A stretch of DNA of 31,835 bases, taken from contig JAZUNC010000016.1 of the NCBI GenBank assembly GCA_045603945.1, forward strand, positions 1-31,835. Direction: 5' to 3'. Of this stretch, positions 1-6,745 are shown piece by piece (position 1 is the first letter of the stretch; the number at the start of each line of letters is the position of its first letter). The notes under the pieces are model-generated. The model saw only the letters and a program-made list of their open reading frames with translations. It was not told the origin of the DNA and did not search any database. Made by a program: the position numbers and the translations under genes. The stretch is from Acutalibacteraceae bacterium. Its GTDB lineage: Bacteria; Bacillota; Clostridia; Oscillospirales; Acutalibacteraceae.

Positions 1-141
1 CTTCCGATACGAGTGTTGGCTTGCCCGACGGCTTTGTGATGAAGCTTCCATACTGCTCAACTATTGTCTTTTTGCCGAGTAGCTTTTCCAGCTCTCCGAG
101 AGATATAAGTGTCGTCTTCGTTACAACGCTCTCATCTACTC
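1..141. repeat. Terminal direct repeat, copy 1 (circular-contig overlap)
   Basis: Bases 1-141 (cttccgatac...catctactc) are identical to 31695-31835, and one reading frame runs across the join. Confidence 0.97.
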
Positions 142-1066
142 CGTTGTCAACCAAAGCTTGCAACAAAGCTCTCTCGTCGGTGTACTTTCTTACGCTTCTG
201 CCCTCTACTACCTTATATCGAGGTATCACCGTACCCGACAATGCAGAGCGTAAAGCATGCTCCTGCAATGCCTTGCACCACGCTTCGACGGCAGGCACAA
301 CGGTTAACTTCTCCGCTATCTCGGTTGGTGTTAACATGGCTACTTCTTTGTCGTTAACACCACTACACTCATTAGCGAGCTTACGGCATACACCTTTGGC
401 TTTGCAGAAGCGGCAATGCTCTCCCGTTGCAAATTCGCCACCACCGGTGTACGCCTCTATCGCGGTGTGTTTAAGCGTGCGGCTACCCCATGCAAGCAGC
501 TGAGAGGGTGTTATGCTATACACGCTGTGACTGTGTAGCCGAGGTTGCACGATATGCAGCACAACATTAGTGATGTTTTCACACGTCACCTTGGCTAACA
601 CGCCAAGGGCATACATCATTAGCTGGGGGTTCTCCTCAGCATCGACGGCAACACCTCTGCCATATTTCAAATCGAAAATATGAAGCGTGCCATCTGTGAT
701 AACGCATGCGTCAACCGTGCCATAGCATGCCGGCACAAAATCTGTCAAGTCAACTTTATACTCGACAAGCACGGTTGAGTTGTCGTTGATAGCTTCCATG
801 ACTGCCTCCACATAGATGTTAACGAAGTCGGGCATCTCAATGCTATAATGCTGTTGTTTCGATGCTTGCTGCATCAATACAGCTGCCGTATCTTTATCAA
901 TGGCTCCGGTGTAGCGTTTCAACGCTACCTCCGCTATATGATGGGCGAGCGTGCCTTCTTCGGCTACCTCACTTGTTGTATCGGGGAATAGTTGCTCCAA
1001 CCTCGCTGATGGAGGACAAGCGAGCCATCTGTGCGACCCTGAGGGTGATAAAATAGAGTGTGACAT
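1..1066 (-). CDS. DUF2800-type PD-(D/E)xK (Cas4-like) phage nuclease, 5' part; spans the origin (about 373 aa in total)
   Basis: Absent from the ORF track because it runs off the edge. Manual translation from ATG 1066: MSHSILSPSGSHRWLACPPSARLE...EEGTLAH...YGTVDACVI...IFDLKYGRGVAV...NPQLMMYALG...HCRFCKAKGVCR. Sits beside the SSB and PolA genes, as is usual for this module. Confidence 0.88.
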   Translation of the reverse strand, partial: MSHSILSPSGSHRWLACPPSARLEQLFPDTTSEVAEEGTLAHHIAEVALKRYTGAIDKDTAAVLMQQASKQQHYSIEMPDFVNIYVEAVMEAINDNSTVLVEYKVDLTDFVPACYGTVDACVITDGTLHIFDLKYGRGVAVDAEENPQLMMYALGVLAKVTCENITNVVLHIVQPRLHSHSVYSITPSQLLAWGSRTLKHTAIEAYTGGGEFATGEHCRFCKAKGVCRKLANECSGVNDKEVAMLTPTEIAEKLTVVPAVEAWCKALQEHALRSALSGTVIPRYKVVEGRSVRKYTDERALLQALVDNGVDESVVTKTTLISLGELEKLLGKKTIVEQYGSFITKPSGKPTLVSE

Positions 1067-1069
1067 CTT

Positions 1070-1426
1070 TTAAAGTGTTAAAATTTTGTTGTAAAATTCG
1101 ATTCGTTCATCATTGTTTAGTTGCGAGAAGCCGGATACACCATATGTAGCTAATATATCCTTGACTTGTTGGCGTTTGCCTTGCTGCACCAACTCGCTTA
1201 TTTTGCCTTGCAACACCGGCAGCTCTATAACTTTCGCCTCGGCTTTGGCGTGTTCTTCGGCAATAGGTGCATCAGTGGCTGCTTTTGCCTCCTCCTTCAT
1301 TGGAGTGGCAGCTTTTACGACGGCTTCGCTTTGTGTTGTTGCCGTCGGTGCTGTTGTCAATAGCTTGTCAACAATTCGCTGCACCTGGTCAGCCAGTGCA
1401 ATTGTTAATGTTACGTTTATTTCCAT
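1070..1426 (-). CDS. Hypothetical protein of the type usually found upstream of DUF2800 genes
   Basis: 118 aa; Ala/Glu/Thr-rich linker and helical C-terminus (VKDILATYGVSGFSQL...FYNKI); abuts the next gene. Confidence 0.7.
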   Translation of the reverse strand: MEINVTLTIALADQVQRIVDKLLTTAPTATTQSEAVVKAATPMKEEAKAATDAPIAEEHAKAEAKVIELPVLQGKISELVQQGKRQQVKDILATYGVSGFSQLNNDERIEFYNKILTL

Positions 1427-1657
1427 AATGCTTTATTTTTTTTACGCCCTCTGACAGCTTCGGGCATTGCTTTTTAAAGAAAAGACGAGCAAAACAAGGG
1501 CTGTAATAAATGAAAGAAAACACCTAACCATGAAGAAGTTGCCCGACATTCACGCTCTCGTGATATGCTGTTTTGCTCGTTATATAATGTGTCGGCACCC
1601 TGCCGTATATCTCAACACACCCAACATCGCCTCACTATGGCGGATGCCGACACTATG

Positions 1658-1876
1658 CTATTCAAGGCACATTTTTGTTATAGTCGCCTTAGAGAAGTAG
1701 AGGCGACCGAAACGTTTTTTGCAAGGGAGTTCGCCTCTATTAGCTTTGTTATGCACCGTCTTTACGGCTAAGCCGAGGTAACTTGCCACTTGCTCGGCTG
1801 TCATAACTTCGTCCAGCTCACTCCTCAACTCTCGTGCGGTCATTATGGCGATGCGTCTAACTTCCTGCTCTCTCAT
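1658..1876 (-). CDS. Excisionase-like HTH (HTH_17/MerR-like) protein
   Basis: MTAEQVASYLGLAVKTVHNKANRGELPCKKRFGRLYF fits the Xis/AlpA-like winged-HTH pattern. Confidence 0.75.
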   Translation of the reverse strand: MREQEVRRIAIMTARELRSELDEVMTAEQVASYLGLAVKTVHNKANRGELPCKKRFGRLYFSKATITKMCLE

Positions 1877-1878
1877 GG

Positions 1879-2085
1879 CTATTCGACTCTTGTTACTTTT
1901 ACATATATAGGGTTACTCTCGTCGGGGTTATCACGTATGATAGCTGTTTTCCATCTACGCCCTGCAACAACTACATTTAACCTGCTTACTGACGACACAA
2001 CCGAGTCGTATCTTTCGATGGGAAATGTTACGCTTGCCCCCTTCCTGAGGGCTATCAGCGTCTTTCGTATTGGCTCTTTTTTCAT
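1879..2085 (-). CDS. Small basic DNA-binding (Cro/Xis-like) phage protein
   Basis: 68 aa, IRKTLIALRKGASVTFPIERYDSV...VTRVE; directly upstream of the Xis-like gene; resembles small early proteins of Bacteroidota prophages. Confidence 0.55.
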   Translation of the reverse strand: MKKEPIRKTLIALRKGASVTFPIERYDSVVSSVSRLNVVVAGRRWKTAIIRDNPDESNPIYVKVTRVE

Positions 2086-2091
2086 ATTTTT

Positions 2092-2784
2092 TTAATTTAA
2101 AATTTCAACATTCATCCTCGTATACAATGTGTTAGTGCTTATAACACGCAGCACCGCGTTACCTCTTATATCGCAAGGAATATATAGCCAAGAGTTGACG
2201 GTAGCGTTGCCGTACACCTCTTTGACGGTAGCGTAGTCACACACCTCTTTGACGGTGGCGTTGTCGCACACCTTGTTGATGGTGGCGTTGCCGTACACCT
2301 CTTTGACGGTAGCGTTGCTGCACACATAGTTGACGGTAGCGTTGTCACACACCTTGTTGATGGTGGCGTTGCCGCCCACATAGTTGACGGTAGCGTTGTC
2401 ACACACCTCTTTGACGGTGGCTTTGCCGTACACCTCTTTGATGGTGGCGTTGCCGCACACCTCTTTGATGGTGGCGTTGCCGCACACATATATATTTGCC
2501 AAAACGCTAATAGTGTCGATGTCACCATCTATTAAGCAGTAGCCTTCATGATGTACTTCGTTGGCATATATATGCACCGCGTTAAATAGCTCTTTGTTGG
2601 CTTCTATCATTGGTACATCTACTACCCCCTTATAAAAGCACCAGTTGAAGTTGTCTTTTACGACGTCGAAAAAAGCCTCCATCGTATCTGCATCTTCTGC
2701 ATCATGTATAACATGACAAGCGTTGGCTTCGTAGCCTCTGCGGATTATTTCCGCTTTTAATTCTTCAAAGTTGTTCATAATCAT
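2092..2784 (-). CDS. Hypothetical protein with 11 tandem 9-aa repeats (predicted beta-solenoid)
   Basis: N-terminal helical domain followed by NAT(I/V)(KE/NK/NY)V(C/Y)(G/D) repeats. Likely start is ATG 2784, overlapping the upstream stop (TAATG). Confidence 0.8.
   Translation of the reverse strand: MIMNNFEELKAEIIRRGYEANACHVIHDAEDADTMEAFFDVVKDNFNWCFYKGVVDVPMIEANKELFNAVHIYANEVHHEGYCLIDGDIDTISVLANIYVCGNATIKEVCGNATIKEVYGKATVKEVCDNATVNYVGGNATINKVCDNATVNYVCSNATVKEVYGNATINKVCDNATVKEVCDYATVKEVYGNATVNSWLYIPCDIRGNAVLRVISTNTLYTRMNVEILN
2195..2491. repeat. 27-nt tandem repeat, 11 copies, in frame within a CDS
   Basis: Units of the form ttga(c/t)ggt(a/g)gcgttg(c/t)c(g/a)(c/t)acac(ctct/cttg/atag) start at 2195 and recur every 27 nt to 2465. 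Confidence 0.93.
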
Positions 2785-3056
2785 TATATTAGTTCGATAT
2801 AAGTACATGCGAGGTTCTTTGGCTGCACGTCACAGCCGATACGGTACGGTACTTGCAGTTTGTCGAGGATGCGGGCTACTGCTGCTGTGTGGTCGTGAAT
2901 TGTGAAGCCGACATCGCCACGAGAGCCACCGATGACAGGGTAACATCTCCCGTAAAGGTAAAGTGTGATAATAGCTTTGCGTACTGCACTGTTCTGCGGA
3001 ACGGGAAAACTCTTCGGATTGTTTAATGCTACTTGCAAAAGGTCTTGACTTGTCAT
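2784..3056 (-). CDS. Hypothetical protein
   Basis: 90-aa ORF with an AT-rich upstream region typical of Bacteroidota translation starts; coupled to the downstream gene. Confidence 0.6.
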   Translation of the reverse strand: MTSQDLLQVALNNPKSFPVPQNSAVRKAIITLYLYGRCYPVIGGSRGDVGFTIHDHTAAVARILDKLQVPYRIGCDVQPKNLACTYIELI

Positions 3057-3096
3057 AACGTTTTAATTTTTAATTGGTTAATACTTTTTTATCTTT

Positions 3097-3161
3097 AAAA
3101 AAAAGCTTGCCGAGGCGAGTGCGAAGTTTACAACCTCTTTTGATGCTTTATCTCGGCAAGC
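3097..3161 (-). terminator. Intrinsic terminator or attenuator with a large loop
   Basis: gcttgccgag (3105-3114) and ctcggcaagc (3152-3161) form a perfect 10-bp stem, followed on the minus strand by U8 (A-run 3097-3104). Confidence 0.55.
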
Positions 3162-3176
3162 GGGCTTACCAGAGCT

Positions 3177-3362
3177 TTAACACATCAATAGTGCGAGATA
3201 AAATGAAGCTTTTATAAATGCCCATATAAAGAGCATGAAAGCGTTGTACACAGACGAGATAGTTATCACGTCGAACAGCGTGTCATCACGCCAAAATGCC
3301 CAAACGAGCCATCCGCAAGCGTTTACCGCTGCCCAGAGGAGGAGGATTATCAACATGCCCAT
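3177..3362 (-). CDS. Small membrane protein
   Basis: 61 aa with two hydrophobic segments. Confidence 0.55.
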   Translation of the reverse strand: MGMLIILLLWAAVNACGWLVWAFWRDDTLFDVITISSVYNAFMLFIWAFIKASFYLALLMC

Positions 3363-3366
3363 AACT

Positions 3367-3534
3367 TTATTTATTTGGATAATTACGACACACTCGCCAA
3401 CCCTCCTGAACCCATCGGTTTATCGTCATTTGGCTTCTATATTTGTTTTCTACACGCTCGCTGGCTTTAATCCCATTAACGGAAGCCTGCTCTATTAGCT
3501 CACTGCCTTTGTATACACTGATGATAACTCTCAT
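3367..3534 (-). CDS. Hypothetical 55-aa protein, first gene of the early operon
   Basis: Manual translation: MRVIISVYKGSELIEQASVNGIKASERVENKYRSQMTINRWVQEGWRVCRNYPNK; below the ORF-track cutoff; AT-rich leader. Confidence 0.5.
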   Translation of the reverse strand: MRVIISVYKGSELIEQASVNGIKASERVENKYRSQMTINRWVQEGWRVCRNYPNK

Positions 3535-3614
3535 AACTTTTGTACTTTTAATTGTTTTTATTACCTTTGTTTGTTTGTTTACTTAATGATTTGATTCATT
3601 AACTAATTATAGTA

Positions 3615-3645
3615 CAAATATAAGCTGATAGTTTAAATTATGCAA
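3615..3645 (-). promoter_or_regulatory. Early lytic promoter (Bacteroidota sigma-A type)
   Basis: Minus-strand TATATTTG (-7 box TAnnTTTG) at 3615-3622, with TTG 20 nt upstream. Confidence 0.6.
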
Positions 3646-3678
3646 GCTATTAGCCAATTATTTTTAATCTATTAGCTT
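3622..3678. promoter_or_regulatory. Three palindromic operators, consensus AAGCTAWTAGCTT
   Basis: aagctgatagttt (3622), aagctattagcca (3644) and aatctattagctt (3666), exactly 22 bp apart, between the divergent repressor and early operon. Confidence 0.7.
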
Positions 3679-3719
3679 TATTTGTACACATTCCAAATAA
3701 ACCAACAGCTTATTTTATT

Positions 3720-4454
3720 ATGAAACAACGTATTAAGGAGTATTTAAGATTTAAGGGTATTAAAAATATGGATTTTTCCGCTGCGATTGGTGTATCAAAC
3801 GCCTATATATCAAGCATTAAGAGAAGTATTCAACCCGACAAACTTGCTCGAATCCAACAAAATTACCCCGACCTGAACATCGAATGGCTTGTTACGGGTC
3901 GCGGTGAAATGCTTAACACACCTCAACACATGAGCGTGATAAACAACGGCACTAACAGCGACACGATGGCAAACAATATAACGATGCACAACGCTCATCA
4001 GCATTGCCATAACGCAACAACAGCTGCGTGTAATGGCGATTGTGAGCATTGTGCAATCCCCGTCGTGCCGTCGGAGCTTACAACAGCACCAAATATAGAT
4101 GTATATAATGTAGTGACTAAATTAGATAATGTAAGCCGTTACCCTCACACCGGGCAAACGCCTCGACCCGACCTCTATTACCCCATCATGAGCCGAGCCA
4201 TGGAGCCGTACATCTGCCTCGGGGATAGGCTTGCCCTCGTCTCCTTCCCCATCGGCGAAGAGGCTATCGAACCCGGCACTCCTCACACCGTCGACACGAA
4301 GTCGAAAGGGTTCATCACACGGCTGCTATTTGACCACCCCGACGGCTATTTGGCTCGGGCTTTCGACCGAGAGCGATACCCCGACTTCGTCATCAAAAGA
4401 AGCGACGTTATACGCATCTATCGCATCATCGGGCTTATCCGCGTAAGGATGTAA
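3720..4454 (+). CDS. CI-like prophage repressor (XRE HTH plus degenerate S24-like C-terminal domain)
   Basis: N-terminal HTH ending in LNIEWLVTGRGEML; C-terminal IMSRAMEPYICLGD...VDTKSKGFITRLL...VIRIYRIIG follows the S24 layout; divergent from the early operon. Confidence 0.82.
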   Translation: MKQRIKEYLRFKGIKNMDFSAAIGVSNAYISSIKRSIQPDKLARIQQNYPDLNIEWLVTGRGEMLNTPQHMSVINNGTNSDTMANNITMHNAHQHCHNATTAACNGDCEHCAIPVVPSELTTAPNIDVYNVVTKLDNVSRYPHTGQTPRPDLYYPIMSRAMEPYICLGDRLALVSFPIGEEAIEPGTPHTVDTKSKGFITRLLFDHPDGYLARAFDRERYPDFVIKRSDVIRIYRIIGLIRVRM

Positions 4455-4486
4455 AATTGAAAGAAAATAGTCCTTAAAAACGACAA

Positions 4487-4749
4487 AAACGCAACACTAT
4501 GTAAAAATAAACATATAACTATCTAACTATCAACAACAAAGTTCACTCCCCATGGGTGTACCGAAAATGGTGCGTTATATGGCACTTGCAAACTGCTAAG
4601 CGTTTAATTTTGAGCTGTTTAGCAAATATAGGGTAAAAGGACGGGGGTCGAATTAAGTGCGAAGTCCGCCTTTTACTTCCCTATTTAAGCCGTCTACTTC
4701 CTATCTAAACGCAACACTTTCACAACACCTATCGGCAAAAACGCAACAC
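4487..4749 (+). repeat. Direct repeats AAACGCAACAC, 3 copies (candidate integrase arm-binding sites)
   Basis: Exact copies at 4487-4497, 4707-4717 and 4739-4749, on both sides of the putative core. Confidence 0.6.
4541..4562 (+). other. Putative attP core resembling a tRNA 3' end
   Basis: gttcact-cccca-tgggtgt-a-cc matches T-loop-like + T-stem 3' strand + 7-nt acceptor strand + discriminator + CC; lies in the non-coding gap directly upstream of the integrase. Confidence 0.55.
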
Positions 4750-4750
4750 A

Positions 4751-5857
4751 ATGAAGATAAGCACAACACTTTTACGCAACAACGTCATGGTGCGTGTCGC
4801 ATTCACTTCCAACATTCGCAAGCACTTCAACACTGGCGTGTCGGTAGCTGACCGCTCACAATTCGATAATGGTGCCATAGTCAACAGAGAAGACGCTGCC
4901 GAGCTTAACGCGAAGATAGGTGCAAAGCTTGCCGAGGTAAAGCGAGCCATTGACTTGCTCGAAGCCCAAGGCATAGATGTAACGCCTGACACATTATCTA
5001 ACGCACTTGACAAGCGTTGTGATATAGGCAGCTTCCTCGACTTCATGGAGAGACGAATCAAAGAGCGGCCTCTGCGTGAGAACTCGCGACGCAACCACCT
5101 CATCACTCTTGCGGCTCTTCGTCGTTTCGGCCGCATACAAAGCTTCGCATCTCTCACACCTGAAAATATAATGCTATTCGATAGCTTCCTGCGAGAGGAG
5201 GATGCGACACGCAAGCAGTCAACTATCCGAGGGTATCACAAGAGCATCAAGCCGTATATAAGAGAGGCGTTGCTGTCGAGGTATATACGCGTCAATCCTT
5301 ACGACCACTTTTATGTGCCTCGTGGTGCTGCCACTCCTCGCACTCCTCTCAGTGAGAGCGAGCTGCAACGCATTATCAACGCTCACCTCCCACACATATA
5401 TATAAAGGCTCGTGACATCTTTATCTTCCAAGCTTATACGGGCTTGTCGTACGCAGACGCAATGGCTTTCGATGCGAGAGAGCATCTCATCGTGCGTGAT
5501 GGGCATTCGTTCATCTCTCATGAGCGTATCAAAACGGGGACGAAATTTTTCACACCTCTGCTGCCAAACGCGGATGCCGTTTTGTTGAAATACGGTGATA
5601 GGCTACCACGCCTGAGCAATCAAAAATATAACATGCATCTGCACGCAATCGAGGGGATTGTTGGCATTGACAAGCCGTTAACTTCACACGTTGCCCGGCA
5701 CACGTTTGCAACACTGATGTTGTCCTATGACATGCCTATGGCTGTCGTGTCGCGTATGCTCGGGCATACAGATATAAATGTAACACAGCTATACGCGAAG
5801 ATAACAAGTGACAAGGTAGAGAGTGCCACAAGCAAGCTTTGGGGCGAATTAGAGTAA
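4751..5857 (+). CDS. int: Tyrosine integrase (Bacteroidota IntDOT/IntN1-like)
   Basis: FIFQAYTGLSYAD (Ser at the first catalytic Arg position, as in IntDOT), RIKTG, SHVARHTFAT (HxxR), LGHTDINVTQLYA (His and catalytic Tyr). Confidence 0.93.
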   Translation: MKISTTLLRNNVMVRVAFTSNIRKHFNTGVSVADRSQFDNGAIVNREDAAELNAKIGAKLAEVKRAIDLLEAQGIDVTPDTLSNALDKRCDIGSFLDFMERRIKERPLRENSRRNHLITLAALRRFGRIQSFASLTPENIMLFDSFLREEDATRKQSTIRGYHKSIKPYIREALLSRYIRVNPYDHFYVPRGAATPRTPLSESELQRIINAHLPHIYIKARDIFIFQAYTGLSYADAMAFDAREHLIVRDGHSFISHERIKTGTKFFTPLLPNADAVLLKYGDRLPRLSNQKYNMHLHAIEGIVGIDKPLTSHVARHTFATLMLSYDMPMAVVSRMLGHTDINVTQLYAKITSDKVESATSKLWGELE

Positions 5858-5889
5858 AAAAAAGTAACGAGGGTTATAAACCCCCGTTA
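5856..5889 (-). terminator. Intrinsic terminator ending the minus-strand cassette, convergent with the integrase
   Basis: taacg-a-gggt / accc-c-cgtta hairpin next to an A8 run (U8 on the minus strand). Confidence 0.6.
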
Positions 5890-6072
5890 TGATATAGTTA
5901 GCGTTAGCCCTAATGGCGGCAATAGCTTTGATAACGTGTCGAGCGTTGGCGATAATTGCCCGAGTTCTATCTTGTTTATATGCTTGTAATTAACCCCCGA
6001 AAGGGCTTCAAGCTTCCTGAGAGAGTAGCCGAGCGATTTCCTACGCTCGGCTATAATTTCGTTATAGCTCAT
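5887..6072 (-). CDS. XRE/Cro-C1 HTH protein
   Basis: IAERRKSLGYSLRKLEALSGVNYKHINKIELGQLSPTLDTLSKL is a canonical HTH_3 pattern. Confidence 0.85.
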   Translation of the reverse strand: MSYNEIIAERRKSLGYSLRKLEALSGVNYKHINKIELGQLSPTLDTLSKLLPPLGLTLTIS

Positions 6073-6259
6073 ACGGCCAATACACTATTGCTGTTATGTT
6101 ACCGTTTTCATCTTCAAGCTCATGCTCGAAGCGTTTGAGAGCTTTGTTGTAAAATAGCTCTCCGTTAACTACTTGGAGGTTGTCGTTTTCATCCTCCCAT
6201 GTAAAATAACCCTGACGAGGGTTAAAGTCGCTTCCTTTAATTTCTTTTACTTTTGCCAT
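6062..6259 (-). CDS. Small acidic hypothetical protein
   Basis: 65 aa with roughly twice as many D/E as K/R; overlaps the HTH gene start. Confidence 0.7.
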   Translation of the reverse strand: MAKVKEIKGSDFNPRQGYFTWEDENDNLQVVNGELFYNKALKRFEHELEDENGNITAIVYWPYEL

Positions 6260-6280
6260 AGTCGTATAATTTAAATGTTA

Positions 6281-6586
6281 TTATCTGGCGTTAGCTATTT
6301 GGCAAGCTTTGTCATAGCCGTGGTATTCAACAGCCTTTTGCCAATTGCTTTTGTAACCTTTTGTCATTTGAGGGTGGTATTTTATAATTTGGTTCATTTG
6401 ACATATGATGTCTTTTTCAGCGATGTTTACGCGACGACCCCAAGAGAGTTGAGCGTACTCCAAAACGCGGGTCATGAACCATTTAAGAGTGTAAAATTTG
6501 TGTTCGGTATTACAATTTTTATTATAAAAATTGATAACTAATTCGCGGTTAACTTTGAGTACGTTTAATATTTGTTCGGTTGTCAT
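6281..6586 (-). CDS. Hypothetical protein, first gene of an accessory cassette
   Basis: 101 aa; starts about 37 nt downstream of a consensus promoter. Confidence 0.7.
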   Translation of the reverse strand: MTTEQILNVLKVNRELVINFYNKNCNTEHKFYTLKWFMTRVLEYAQLSWGRRVNIAEKDIICQMNQIIKYHPQMTKGYKSNWQKAVEYHGYDKACQIANAR

Positions 6587-6623
6587 AGTTGTAATGTTTT
6601 TGGGTTGTTTTTTAATTACACTA

Positions 6624-6655
6624 CAAAGATAATGCTTTTATTTTATATGACCAAA
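6624..6655 (-). promoter_or_regulatory. Consensus Bacteroidota sigma-A promoter of accessory cassette 1
   Basis: Minus-strand TTTG (6652-6655), 20-nt spacer, TATCTTTG (6624-6631). Confidence 0.75.
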
Positions 6656-6697
6656 TAATATCACAAAATACTCACATAATTAACACTAATTAACAGA

Positions 6698-6735
6698 AAA
6701 AAGATACATCTACCCTCACGAGCCGACGCATCTTC
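6698..6735 (-). terminator. Terminator after the lysis genes
   Basis: Minus strand agatgcgtc-ggctcgtgagggta-gatgtatct followed by a U-tract. Confidence 0.55.
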
Positions 6736-6745
6736 AACCAAACAA

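Noticed and set aside
1-141. Biological direct terminal repeat
   Set aside because: The repeat falls mid-gene, its 141-nt length matches a common assembler k-mer, and the terminase looks like a headful (PBSX-like) type.
1-1066. A Cas4-based CRISPR system
   Set aside because: The protein matches the common phage DUF2800-type nuclease in a replication module; there is no array or other cas gene.
1427-1657. Small hydrophobic ORF (MSGNFFMVRCFLSFITALVLLVFSLK...) or small RNA in the gap
   Set aside because: About 35 aa with no clear translation signal and only a 4-bp hairpin; insufficient support.
2195-2491. CRISPR array or DGR template/variable repeat
   Set aside because: The units are contiguous with no spacers, lie in frame in a protein, and the genome encodes no reverse transcriptase or Cas operon.
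4541-4562. Phage-encoded tRNA gene
   Set aside because: Only the T-arm/acceptor 3' fragment is present; the upstream sequence cannot form D or anticodon arms.
4751-5857. Inactive integrase because Arg is replaced by Ser in TGLSY
   Set aside because: The same substitution is known in the active IntDOT enzyme, and the other catalytic residues are intact.
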